A stretch of DNA of 48,514 bases from an uncultured Eubacteriales bacterium (GTDB lineage Bacteria > Bacillota > Clostridia > Oscillospirales > CAG-382): NCBI GenBank assembly GCA_900546385.1, contig URCT01000002.1, positions 1 through 48,514 of the forward strand, given 5' to 3'. The notes beneath the pieces are model-generated. The model made no database searches, was not told the DNA's origin, and saw only the letters and a program-made list of their open reading frames with translations. Made by a program: the position numbers and the translations under genes. This document shows, in pieces, positions 35,754 through 44,436 of the stretch; positions within the stretch are counted from its first letter, which is position 1; every line of letters starts with the position of its first letter.

Positions 35754-37541
35754 TCATATCTTCCCGGTAAACCACACAAGCATATCGCTTTCGCCGCGAT
35801 TGGCAAAGGCGTTATACGGGATCATGCGCAGCGTCGCCGGCCGAACCTTCGGTGCGTCCGTATCAGCACGGGCATATAACGCGTCCTGCGCCGTATCGCA
35901 AAGCTCATACGCCTCCACGTCAAGCACCCTTAAGCCAAACCGCTCTTCAACGTGCGCTTTTGCCGATACGGCTGTCGGAAGCACAAACCGGTGCAGATTT
36001 TCGCCGTTGTCCACACTTTCCGCGCAGTACACAATCGGCCCTGCCTGCACACACAGATTTCCCGCATCGCGCCATACCTTGGCGCTCGAGCGCACCGCAA
36101 ACGGCGTCATGTCGAATTCGACCGTTACCTCCGTGTCTTCAAAAAGCATATAGCCGTCTTTTACCTCACGGTACGGCTTGTCGGTCTTGACGCTCTTACA
36201 CCATGACGGGACACGCACGGCAAGTTTTTTCACACCGCTTGCCGCGATATGCACTTTGCCGTCATTCGGATAGGCGGTCTTCATCTCGCAGGAAACGCCG
36301 TCCGCATGGAGCGAACTTGCGGCAAACTGATGAATGTATAAGGTGTCGCCGTCAAGGCCATACACATATTCCGACAGCTTTGGCAACAGACGGTTAAGAT
36401 TGGGCGGACAGCAGGAGCAGCTAAAGCACTCGACGCGCTGCGTGATGGGATAGCGCTTTGTGCCGAAGCAATTGGAAAAATGGTCGGCAAGCGTGATCTC
36501 AAGCGGATTTTCATAGAAAAACGCCTTGCCGTCAAGCGAAAGGCCGGACAACACGCCATTGTACAGCACACGTTCGATGGTGTCGGCATAGGTCGCTTTG
36601 GCTTCGAGCGCCAACATCCGCTCACAGAAGAACATCAGCCCAATGCCGGCGCAGGTTTCGGTGTAGGCCTCTTCGTTGGGAAGGTCGTAGGCTCTTGTAA
36701 AGGTCTCGCCGACACAAGTCGAACCAATGCCGCCGGTGATGTACATTTTGCGTTCGGTGATGTCCCGGTACAGGGCTTCGCACGCCTTTTTTAACGCATC
36801 ATCCTGCAATTCCAGTGCCAGGTCCGCCATGGCGGTATACAGGTATACCGCACGCACCGAATGACCGAACACTTCGGTCTGCTCGCGCACCGGCTTGTGG
36901 CTTTGGTTGTAATCGCCGCGTCCGTCCTCGTCTCGTTTGCCGCGCTCGTTGATAAAAAAGGCGGCAAGATCGAGATACTTCTTCTTTTTTGTATACCGGT
37001 ACATTTTTACAAGTGCTAACTCGATCTCCTCATGTCCCGGCGTGACAAAGGCGGCGCTGTGCTCTTCGACAAAGACTTTGTAGATGTAATCGGCATACTT
37101 TTCCATGCAACGCAAAAATTTTTCACGTCCGGTCGCTTCGGCATACGCCACCGCCGCTTCGAACAGATGACCGGCACAGTACAATTCGTGGCAGTCGCGG
37201 TTGGTAAAGCGCTTATCCGGCTCGCGCACGGTGAAATAGATGTTGAAATAGCCGTCCGTGCCCTGATGCGCAGCGATATCGTCGATGAGCTCCTCAACCT
37301 TCGCCTGCAAGGCCTCGTCCGGATGCTTGGCAAGGATATACGCCGCACCCTCCATCCATTTTGCCACATCGCTGTCCCAGAAATAATGCACGTCCTTGTT
37401 TGCAAACTTGAACGCCGTAATGCGCCCCGAATCGTAAAAACGGTCATAAACGGCATTTATCGTGATTTTCCGATTCAATTCTTCTTTGGACGCAAGGTAG
37501 CCGTCCGTAAGATCTACCTGTCTGTAATCGAATGATTTCAT
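35754..37541 (-). CDS. Glycoside hydrolase family 127 (beta-L-arabinofuranosidase type, DUF1680), cytoplasmic
   Basis: 595 aa with SD AAGGAG. N-terminus MKSFDYRQVDLTDGYLASKEELN...WDSDVAKWMEGAAY and the Cys-rich site ECFSCSCCPPNLNRLL characteristic of GH127. No signal peptide. Confidence 0.9.
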   Translation of the reverse strand: MKSFDYRQVDLTDGYLASKEELNRKITINAVYDRFYDSGRITAFKFANKDVHYFWDSDVAKWMEGAAYILAKHPDEALQAKVEELIDDIAAHQGTDGYFNIYFTVREPDKRFTNRDCHELYCAGHLFEAAVAYAEATGREKFLRCMEKYADYIYKVFVEEHSAAFVTPGHEEIELALVKMYRYTKKKKYLDLAAFFINERGKRDEDGRGDYNQSHKPVREQTEVFGHSVRAVYLYTAMADLALELQDDALKKACEALYRDITERKMYITGGIGSTCVGETFTRAYDLPNEEAYTETCAGIGLMFFCERMLALEAKATYADTIERVLYNGVLSGLSLDGKAFFYENPLEITLADHFSNCFGTKRYPITQRVECFSCSCCPPNLNRLLPKLSEYVYGLDGDTLYIHQFAASSLHADGVSCEMKTAYPNDGKVHIAASGVKKLAVRVPSWCKSVKTDKPYREVKDGYMLFEDTEVTVEFDMTPFAVRSSAKVWRDAGNLCVQAGPIVYCAESVDNGENLHRFVLPTAVSAKAHVEERFGLRVLDVEAYELCDTAQDALYARADTDAPKVRPATLRMIPYNAFANRGESDMLVWFTGKI

Positions 37542-37578
37542 AAAATTTCGCTCCTTTTGGCAATATTTTCGAATGCAC

Positions 37579-37606
37579 TTGACTTTTTCCGTAAGTATTG
37601 TATAAT
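37579..37606 (+). promoter_or_regulatory. SigmaA promoter of AraC 37661..38458
   Basis: TTGACT (37579-37584), 16 nt, TATAAT (37601-37606). Confidence 0.65.
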
Positions 37607-37660
37607 AAAAAACGGAGATTTACAAGGCCGAAAAAACAACGAAAGGTAGGAAAATCCGAC

Positions 37661-38458
37661 ATGAATCACGGCGCACGCGCAATCAATTCCATGCTTGTCA
37701 ACCCGAACGTATCCTTTGAATACGCCGGACTTTTTTCCTCAAAAGGCGCGTGGACGCATCCCGACCGAACGGAAAAAACCTTTGAAATTCTCTATGTCAC
37801 AAGCGGCACGGTGCGCCTGTGCGAGGAACAGACCGTCTACACCGCATCCAAAGGGTCTTTGCTCGTTTTAGAGGCCGGCAAGCGGCATTACGGCATCGGC
37901 GAAGAAAGCGGCGTCGGCTTTTATTGGCTGCACTTTCTCACGCGCGGCATGGTTCTGCCGTTTGATATCCGCTTTCTTGAAAGCTTCTCCGAGCCGCATT
38001 TGTTTAAGGAGCTGTTACACTATGCGTTTCTGCCCACGCCGCCGAAAGCCTTGGTCAACGCGCTTGTTGTGCAGATCTTAGCGCAGATCGCCTATGCAGA
38101 AACCCGTCCGGAAAATGGCGGAAAAGCGGCGGAGGAAATCTATGAGTGGCTGCGCATCAACGCGTCGGCACGTCTGTCAGCCAAGGCTGCGGCAGCACAC
38201 TTCGGCTTTTCGCCCGAGCACCTGGCGCGGCTCTTGAAAAAACAATATGGCGTCGGCACCAAAAGCAGTCTCGACCGCTTTCTCCTAAACCGTGCCAAAG
38301 AGCTTTTATCCAACACAGGTCTTTATGTCAAGGAAATCGCCTATGAACTGGAGTTTGAGAGTGACAAGGCCTTTATCGGCTTTTTCAAGTACCACGAAGG
38401 GTTGTATCCTGCCGAATGGCGCGACCGTTTTTATAAAATTCACATGAACAATCGTTAA
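37661..38458 (+). CDS. AraC/XylS-family transcriptional regulator
   Basis: Start moved to ATG 37661 (AGGTAGGA upstream). C-terminal HTH region LSAKAAAAHFGFSPEHLARLLKKQYGVGTKSSLDRFLL...FESDKAFIGFFKYHEGLYPAEWR. Divergent from GH127. Confidence 0.85.
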   Translation: MNHGARAINSMLVNPNVSFEYAGLFSSKGAWTHPDRTEKTFEILYVTSGTVRLCEEQTVYTASKGSLLVLEAGKRHYGIGEESGVGFYWLHFLTRGMVLPFDIRFLESFSEPHLFKELLHYAFLPTPPKALVNALVVQILAQIAYAETRPENGGKAAEEIYEWLRINASARLSAKAAAAHFGFSPEHLARLLKKQYGVGTKSSLDRFLLNRAKELLSNTGLYVKEIAYELEFESDKAFIGFFKYHEGLYPAEWRDRFYKIHMNNR

Positions 38459-38595
38459 GAGGCCTCACAAGCGTTTTACGTCCGTTTTACATGAATTTTA
38501 CCATCTTTAGAGAATATCACGAACACGCCCGGTGTAATTCTGTGTTTTTTCGTCAGAACACCTATATTCATTTACAAATTGTTTACGAGCAATTG

Positions 38596-38624
38596 TTGCA
38601 AAACCGTGTCTTTCCGGCTATAAT
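38596..38624 (+). promoter_or_regulatory. SigmaA promoter of the MgtC-like gene
   Basis: TTGCAA (38596-38601), 17 nt, TATAAT (38619-38624). Confidence 0.65.
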
Positions 38625-38661
38625 CGTGTGTATTCTATCCGGAAGGAGACCATTTCACTCC

Positions 38662-39360
38662 ATGACCCAAATCACAAACGAATTTATCCTGCAATTTGAA
38701 TTGATCGGCCGCTGTCTGCTCGCCGCCTTGTGCGGTGCGCTCATCGGCATCGAACGCAAAAACCGCTTAAAAGAAGCAGGCCTTCGCACGCATTTGATCG
38801 TCGCGCTCGGCTCGGCACTCATGATGGAGGTTTCCAAATACGGCTTTTTCGATGTGCTGCGCTATGGCGCGCAAATCGGCGTGGAGGTCAAGCTTGACCC
38901 GTCGCGTGTGGCGGCGTCTATCATCACGGGAATCGGTTTTTTGGGCGCCGGAACCATTTTCGTGCGCAAGCAGGTCATCAACGGCTTGACCACGGCCGCC
39001 GGCCTTTGGACGACCTCGGGCATCGGCATGGCCATCGGTTCGGGTATGTACATGGTCGGCATCACCATTACGGTGTTCCAGTTGCTCATTCAGATCATTC
39101 TGCATAAAAATCTGAAAATGCTGCGGATGCCCTCCTCGGATTATGTGGTGCTTCGCGCCGATAACGAGCCGGATATCGTCAAGCGCGTGACAGCCGCTTT
39201 CCGGGAGCATAACGTAGAGATCCAGTCGATCAAGTACGAAAAGCTCTCCGAAAAGGCCGTTGAGATCGAATGCTTCGTCAAATTTCCGAAAGCGTATACA
39301 CCCATCATGGCCGCCGAGGATCTGGGAGCGTATGCGTTTATTCAGAGTGTGGAGACGTGA
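38662..39360 (+). CDS. mgtC: MgtC/SapB-family membrane protein
   Basis: Start moved to ATG 38662 (GGAAGGAGA upstream). ELIGRCLLAALCGALIGIERKNRLKEAGLRTHLIVALGSAL... is the MgtC signature. Several TM helices and a soluble C-terminal domain. Confidence 0.85.
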   Translation: MTQITNEFILQFELIGRCLLAALCGALIGIERKNRLKEAGLRTHLIVALGSALMMEVSKYGFFDVLRYGAQIGVEVKLDPSRVAASIITGIGFLGAGTIFVRKQVINGLTTAAGLWTTSGIGMAIGSGMYMVGITITVFQLLIQIILHKNLKMLRMPSSDYVVLRADNEPDIVKRVTAAFREHNVEIQSIKYEKLSEKAVEIECFVKFPKAYTPIMAAEDLGAYAFIQSVET

Positions 39361-39379
39361 GAAGTTGAAACGCAGCAAG

Positions 39380-39409
39380 CCGCAGACGAAAAATCTGCGG
39401 TTATTTTTT
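39380..39409 (+). terminator. Rho-independent terminator after the MgtC-like gene
   Basis: CCGCAGA / TCTGCGG stem with a 7-nt loop, then TTATTTTTT. Confidence 0.75.
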
Positions 39410-39491
39410 GTCAAAATTCGCAAAAAACGGAACTTTTTATTTCCAATTTGCGTCTTACAAACAACAATCTTCACGAAAGGACTCTGCCGTC

Positions 39492-41159
39492 ATGAAAAAA
39501 CGCTTTCCCGCACTCCTTTGGACGCTTCTCTTCTGTCTTCTTCTCACGCTTTCGTCCTTTGCCGAAGACGCGCCGCAGGTCTCCGACAGCGACCTTCTTG
39601 CCCGGGCGCGCACGCTTGGCATTCTCGACGGTTTTTCCGACGAATCGCCCGAAAAACCCATCACGCGCCGGGAATTCTGTGTGCTGACGGACAACCTGCT
39701 AACCTCGCTCGGCATGACGACCGGCAACCCGATGCGCGCGCCGTTTGAGGACACCTTCGACCCGGCCGTCATGGGACTGTATGTCGCCGGCATCGTCAAA
39801 GGCACGTCCGAAACCACCTTTTCGCCCGACGATACGCTCATCCGCGCCGACGCCGCCTGCTTGACCGCACGCACAGCCGCTTTTTGCCACGTCGGCCTGC
39901 CCGAAAAGGCGGTAACCGTTCCGACGGAGGAAATTCCCGATTACGCCAAGCATAACGTCGGCTTGGTCATGGCCTATGGGCTTTTTGTCGGCACGGGAAA
40001 CGGCTTTGAGCCGTATGAACCGTATACCGTCGAACAAAGCGCGACCGTGCTTGTCCGCCTGTATGACCTTGTAAAAAAGGCTCGGTCGGAGGCTTTTGAA
40101 GATAAGTTAATTTCACTTTTACCGAAAGACAAAAACTTCATGGTTTCGCCGCTGTCCTTGAAGGCCGCATTGGCACTGGCCGCCAACGGCGCTTCCGACA
40201 ACACGCTTGACGAGATCTTGAACACGCTCGGTTATCCCGATCTGGTCTCCTTCAACGAAGCCATGCAGAAAGCTTTGAATGCCAAGTCTCGCGAAACGCT
40301 GGTCTTTGAAACGGCCAATTCCCTTTGGCTCAACCGCGACAACATGGCGTTTTCGTTCCGCAAGGAATACACCAGCGCGATGTCAGATTTGTTCGGCGCG
40401 ACCGCATCCGAAACGGATAATAAGAACGCCGTGCGCGAGATCAACGCTTGGGCAAGTGAAAAAACGCACGGAAAAATCGAAAAAATCATAAGTGACAGCA
40501 ATTTCGCCGCACTTCTCGCCAATGCTGTGTATTTTAAGGGAAGTTGGTATTCATCTTTCTATGAAAGAAATACGAAAAACGAGATTTTCACCGATACAAA
40601 CGGGCAAAAGAAAGAAATTTCCTTTTTGGAGGACAACTGCTATTGGGCAGGTTACAGCGAAAATGATGACTGCAAACTGGTAAAAATAGGCTATCACACG
40701 GGTGCGAGCGAACGACAGGTCAGTATGGTCATCGTGCTGCCGAATGAGGGCGTTGCGCTTAATTCAATTCGCCTGTCGGAGCAAATCCAAAATGCGGATT
40801 GGAAAAACGAACACGTTTCTATAAAACTTCCGAAATTTCATATTGAAAGCTCCTTTGACCTGACGGATTCTCTGAAATCGCTCGGCATCAAAAAGGCTTT
40901 TGACAAAGACAAAGCCGATTTTTCGCCTATGTTTGGCGCAAAATTCGCTTATCTGGATACCATTTTGCAAAACACATACATTCATGTCGATGAAAACGGA
41001 ACCGAAGCCGCAGCCGTAACCAGCAGCGGAAGCGGCGGAGGAGGCCCTGCTCCATTCAAACCGATCCCCTTTGTCGCCGACCATCCGTTTTATTTCGCCA
41101 TTGTCGATGAGATAAACAACGAAATGCTGTTTGCCGGACAATTTGCGTATGCTGAATAA
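39492..41159 (+). CDS. Secreted SLH-anchored serpin (serine protease inhibitor family)
   Basis: Start moved to ATG 39492; signal peptide MKKRFPALLWTLLFCLLLTLSSFA. SLH-like repeats (FEDTFDPAVMGLYVAGIVKGTSETTFSPDD..., IPDYAKHNVGLVMAYGLFVGTGNGFEP...). Serpin core NFMVSPLSLKAALALAANGA...ANAVYFKGSWY..., hinge ENGTEAAAVT and C-terminal FVADHPFYFAIVD. Confidence 0.85.
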   Translation: MKKRFPALLWTLLFCLLLTLSSFAEDAPQVSDSDLLARARTLGILDGFSDESPEKPITRREFCVLTDNLLTSLGMTTGNPMRAPFEDTFDPAVMGLYVAGIVKGTSETTFSPDDTLIRADAACLTARTAAFCHVGLPEKAVTVPTEEIPDYAKHNVGLVMAYGLFVGTGNGFEPYEPYTVEQSATVLVRLYDLVKKARSEAFEDKLISLLPKDKNFMVSPLSLKAALALAANGASDNTLDEILNTLGYPDLVSFNEAMQKALNAKSRETLVFETANSLWLNRDNMAFSFRKEYTSAMSDLFGATASETDNKNAVREINAWASEKTHGKIEKIISDSNFAALLANAVYFKGSWYSSFYERNTKNEIFTDTNGQKKEISFLEDNCYWAGYSENDDCKLVKIGYHTGASERQVSMVIVLPNEGVALNSIRLSEQIQNADWKNEHVSIKLPKFHIESSFDLTDSLKSLGIKKAFDKDKADFSPMFGAKFAYLDTILQNTYIHVDENGTEAAAVTSSGSGGGGPAPFKPIPFVADHPFYFAIVDEINNEMLFAGQFAYAE

Positions 41160-41181
41160 GGTAAAAAGATAAAAAACAAAA

Positions 41182-41226
41182 GCGTTTTTCTTGCGCAAAA
41201 GCTTGTTGCAGGAAAGACGCTTTTTT
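41182..41226 (+). terminator. Rho-independent terminator after the serpin gene
   Basis: 13-bp stem (two G-U pairs), GCGTTTTTCTTGC / GCAGGAAAGACGC, with a 13-nt loop, then TTTTTT. Confidence 0.75.
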
Positions 41227-41362
41227 CTGCGGCAAAGTGCGGCGTATTTCAGTTTCCAAAACGTTTTTACGCATAAAACCCGTTTTTTGCGGCATACTGT
41301 AACCGGACGAAAAAACAACCGTTTTTTATCCGAATTTTGTGTAAAAGCAAGGAGGACACGCC

Positions 41363-41539
41363 ATGTCACCCAAAGAACTTCTCTATATTGAAGACGCGCT
41401 CGGTCACGAAAAGCAGATGAAGGATCTGTTTTCCGGCTTTTCCGGGCAGATTCAGGACGCGGAGTTGAAAAATTTCGTGCAGGATCTCTGCACCAAGCAC
41501 CAAACCAATTTTGATAAGCTGTATGGGCTGTTAAACTAA
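41363..41539 (+). CDS. Small helical protein (58 aa) paired with the CotF-like gene
   Basis: ATG 41363 is preceded by AAGGAGGA. Hand translation: MSPKELLYIEDALGHEKQMKDLFSGFSGQIQDAELKNFVQDLCTKHQTNFDKLYGLLN. The stop lies 20 nt before the CotF-like start. Below the track cutoff. Confidence 0.6.
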   Translation: MSPKELLYIEDALGHEKQMKDLFSGFSGQIQDAELKNFVQDLCTKHQTNFDKLYGLLN

Positions 41540-41559
41540 GGGAAAAAGGAGATACAAAC

Positions 41560-41808
41560 ATGGACGATAAGCTGATCATGGACAACATTCTCACCTCGAC
41601 CAAAAGCGAATGCGACCTGTTGATGCACGGCACCATCGAATCTGCCACGCCCGGCGTGCATACCGCGTTTTCGCAGATTTTGAATGATACGCTTTGTATG
41701 CAGAATGAGATCTACGCCAAAATGACCGCCAAGGGCTGGTATCCGACGCAAAACGCCGAGCAACAGAAAATCGACGCCGCTAAGCAGAAATTTTCCGCTT
41801 CCAAATAA
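41560..41808 (+). CDS. Spore coat protein F (Coat_F) family protein
   Basis: 82 aa with SD AAAGGAG. DDKLIMDNILTSTKSECDLLMHGTIESATPGVHTAFSQILNDTLCMQNEIYAKMTAKGWY matches the Coat F pattern (LTSxK...ExxxPxxxxxFxxILxD...GWY). Confidence 0.8.
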   Translation: MDDKLIMDNILTSTKSECDLLMHGTIESATPGVHTAFSQILNDTLCMQNEIYAKMTAKGWYPTQNAEQQKIDAAKQKFSASK

Positions 41809-41823
41809 ATCCGCCTGATGCGT

Positions 41824-41860
41824 CAAGCCGTGTGACCGACAAAGTTGCACGGCTTTTTTG
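41824..41860 (+). terminator. Rho-independent terminator after the CotF-like pair
   Basis: AAGCCGTG / CACGGCTT stem with a 15-nt loop, then TTTTTTG. Confidence 0.6.
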
Positions 41861-41878
41861 CGTTTTTTGCGAAAAGCA

Positions 41879-41907
41879 TGGACTTTTTGCGGAAATTATG
41901 ATACAAT
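41879..41907 (+). promoter_or_regulatory. Probable sigmaA promoter of the M42-like gene
   Basis: TGGACT (41879-41884), 17 nt, TACAAT (41902-41907). Confidence 0.5.
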
Positions 41908-41939
41908 AAGGAAAAACCTCGTGTAAAGGAGCTCTTATT

Positions 41940-42896
41940 ATGGCAAGCTTTTTAGAATCGCTTCTCTCCGTCCCGACCGTTTCCGGCGGCGAAAAAGCCC
42001 TTACCGATAAGATAGACCGGTATATAAAAAAATATACCGATGAAACGCACACCGATGCGCTCGGCAACCTCATCGCCACACGGCACGCGCTGTCAAAAAA
42101 AGGCAAAAAGCCGCTGAAGCTGGCTTTTTTCTGCGCGGTTGATGCACCCGGCCGCATTGTGACCTATATCGAGGAAAACGGCCTTGTCCGCACTGCGCCC
42201 ATCGGGAAAACGAGTGCCGAACGCGCTGTCTATACCGAAGTGGCAAAGACCGATAAAAAATATACCGGTATACTTATTCCGGATAACGGCAAAACCGAAG
42301 CCACCGAGCCGCTGTATGCCGATTTCGGCTTTGCAGCCGCCAAAGAAGCCGCTAAGCACCTGTCGCTCGGCGATCTGCTGTGCTTTGTCCCACAGCCGGT
42401 TGCGCTCGGAAAAACACAGCTCTGTGCGCCGGCTCTCGGAAACAAGCTCTGCGCCGCGGCACTTGCCGGGCTTGCCGCCAAAACCGAAGCCGCCGCTTTG
42501 GAAATCTCGTTTGTTTTCTGCGCGCAAAGCGTCCTCGGCGCACGCGGAGCCGCTCCGGCCGCGTTCGGGATTCAGCCGGACATCGCCGTGTGCTTGGAGG
42601 CCTATGAGGGAACCGAGCTTGGCCTGCGCCTGTCCGACCGCTTTTCGGTCGGCGATCATGATTTGGTGCGCCAAATGAAAAACGCCGCGTCGCAGGTCGG
42701 CGTGACGCTGCTGCCGCGCATCGACACAGAAGCCGTCACCACCGATACCGCCCGGATAAACGGTGCCGGGGATGGCACACGCACTGTCACGCTGCTCTAT
42801 CCCGTCCATGCGCTCGGTCTGCCGCGCGAACGTGCCGACACGGCGCTTTGCGACACGCTTGTGCGCGTTCTTGAACAGTTCCTGCAAAACCTTTAA
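41940..42896 (+). CDS. M42 (FrvX/CelM) aminopeptidase-like protein, apparently lacking the metal-binding residues
   Basis: SD AAAGGAG. N-terminus LESLLSVPTVSGGEKALTDKIDRYIKKY...THTDALGNLIATR is M42-like. The positions expected for the H-x-D, D, EE, D/E and H ligands read CAVDAPG, LGNKLC, CAQSV, CLEAYEG. Confidence 0.6.
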   Translation: MASFLESLLSVPTVSGGEKALTDKIDRYIKKYTDETHTDALGNLIATRHALSKKGKKPLKLAFFCAVDAPGRIVTYIEENGLVRTAPIGKTSAERAVYTEVAKTDKKYTGILIPDNGKTEATEPLYADFGFAAAKEAAKHLSLGDLLCFVPQPVALGKTQLCAPALGNKLCAAALAGLAAKTEAAALEISFVFCAQSVLGARGAAPAAFGIQPDIAVCLEAYEGTELGLRLSDRFSVGDHDLVRQMKNAASQVGVTLLPRIDTEAVTTDTARINGAGDGTRTVTLLYPVHALGLPRERADTALCDTLVRVLEQFLQNL

Positions 42897-42909
42897 CGCC
42901 CATCGGCTT

Positions 42910-43308
42910 CTATCCGCAAAGCATCCAAAGCATCGTGCCGCAAACGCCGACACCGCATCCGGCAGCGAACGAAATCACATCACGTAAATGCAGCCTATGT
43001 GCTTTCTTTGCCGCTTCACTTCGCCGCTCGTCAAAGACGGCAAGCGAACCGCCCAAAGGCACGCCTGCGGAAACCGACGCGTTTTTGGGTGCAATGCGAA
43101 ACCGCGTCTGCGTCGGCGTGTCCGTGTCGCTGTCGGCCGAGGATTGCACCGGCGTTGTTTTTACAAGACGCTCCGCTTCACCGAGGAATTCCTCCTCGGT
43201 GCTTTTTTTTGCACCCTGCCCGGCTTTGACAATAAAAAATGCCTCTTCGAATAAATTGCTGTCCATATTCCGCACCACAACCACACGTTTTGCACAGCCC
43301 TTGATCAT
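42910..43308 (-). CDS. Hypothetical tail-anchored membrane protein
   Basis: SD AAGGAG, 132 aa. Conserved-looking N-terminus MIKGCAKRVVVVRNMDSNLFEEAFFIVK, an acidic/low-complexity middle and a C-terminal hydrophobic segment ISFAAGCGVGVCGTMLWMLCG. No family assigned. Confidence 0.6.
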   Translation of the reverse strand: MIKGCAKRVVVVRNMDSNLFEEAFFIVKAGQGAKKSTEEEFLGEAERLVKTTPVQSSADSDTDTPTQTRFRIAPKNASVSAGVPLGGSLAVFDERRSEAAKKAHRLHLRDVISFAAGCGVGVCGTMLWMLCG

Positions 43309-43549
43309 GTCTCTTACGCTCCTTGTCCGTTTTTCTTGTTTTCTGCCACACTTCTATTGTAGACCGAAATCGGAAGGGCTATGCAGCGGAGCCAAAAAAT
43401 CCCGCATTTTCGCCGAATGCCGCTTTTGCGCATATTTTGAATATGGTTATCCGCGCGAATTGCTTGATTTTTTACAATGTCAAACTTTGCATATTTTGTT
43501 TCTTCTATTTTCGAATATATTCAATTTATGATTTGTTTTGCAATTATTA

Positions 43550-43578
43550 TTGACAATTATTTTTGTTTTTTCTATAAT
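43550..43578 (+). promoter_or_regulatory. Consensus sigmaA promoter of the nagB-like operon
   Basis: TTGACA (43550-43555), 17 nt, TATAAT (43573-43578). The -35 is embedded in a direct CAATTATT repeat (CAATTATTattgaCAATTATT). Confidence 0.8.
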
Positions 43579-43619
43579 AAAGGTGCAAACAACAAATCCA
43601 TATACAAGGAGAACTGCCC

Positions 43620-44393
43620 ATGCCGCTCATAAAAACTGAACAAACCGGTACATTGGCTGTCCGCATTTACGATACCCGTGCCGAAATGGGACACGCCGCC
43701 GGAAACGATGCCGCCGATGTCATTGTCGCGCTGCTCGAAAAAAAGCCGGAAATCAACATGATTTTCGCCGCCGCACCTTCGCAGAACGAAACGCTTGACG
43801 CTCTCTGCGCACGCACGGACATCAATTGGACGCGCGTCAACGCCTATCACATGGACGAATACATCGGCCTTTCCGCCGACGCGCCCCAACGCTTCGGCAC
43901 GTTCCTCAAGAATGCCATTTTCGGAAAGCTCCCTTTCCGTTCGGTGAACTACATCGACTGCACCGGAAGCGATCCGGAAGCCGAATGCGCCCGGTATGCA
44001 GCCCTTCTTGAAAAGGTGAAAATCGACGTTGTCATGCTCGGCATCGGCGAAAACGGACATATCGCCTTCAACGATCCGCCGGTGGCCGATTTTGCCGATA
44101 AGCGCATCATCAAGCCGGTGCAATTGGATGAGATCTGCCGCAACCAACAGGTCAACGACGGCTGCTTCGCCAGACTCGAGGATGTGCCGAAAACCGCGCT
44201 CACGCTCACCATTCCGACGCTGTTTAACGCCGATTATCTGTTCTGCAGCGTTCCTGCCGCCACCAAGGCCGATGCCGTGTACCACACGGTCACCGACGCC
44301 GAAATCAGCACCAAATGCCCGGCGACCATCATGCGCCGCCATCCGCACGCCGTGCTGTACTGCGACAAGAACAGTGCCGCCAAGATTTTATAA
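43620..44393 (+). CDS. nagB: Glucosamine-6-phosphate deaminase/isomerase family protein
   Basis: 257 aa with SD AAGGAGA. INMIFAAAPSQNE...AYHMDEYIGL...DVVMLGIGENGHIAFNDPP motifs of the NagB/6-phosphogluconolactonase superfamily. Confidence 0.8.
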   Translation: MPLIKTEQTGTLAVRIYDTRAEMGHAAGNDAADVIVALLEKKPEINMIFAAAPSQNETLDALCARTDINWTRVNAYHMDEYIGLSADAPQRFGTFLKNAIFGKLPFRSVNYIDCTGSDPEAECARYAALLEKVKIDVVMLGIGENGHIAFNDPPVADFADKRIIKPVQLDEICRNQQVNDGCFARLEDVPKTALTLTIPTLFNADYLFCSVPAATKADAVYHTVTDAEISTKCPATIMRRHPHAVLYCDKNSAAKIL

Positions 44394-44436
44394 GCCGCCA
44401 TACAGAAAGTCATTTTTGCCCGAAAGGAAGGTTTTC

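Noticed and set aside
38767-44348. Long minus-strand ORFs 38767..39474, 40764..41648, 42093..42953 and 43572..44348
   Set aside because: Each is antisense to, or runs across, well-supported plus-strand genes (MgtC-like, serpin/CotF pair, M42-like, nagB-like). None has an SD or a recognisable motif.
44029-44436. Upstream 136 codons of track ORF 44029..45534
   Set aside because: They overlap the nagB-like gene in another frame, with Pro/Arg/Ser-rich nonsense. The real oxidoreductase starts at ATG 44437 with an SD and a Rossmann N-terminus. Similar trimming was applied to the track starts at 853, 23623, 35343, 37598, 38491, 39408, 46839 and 47797.
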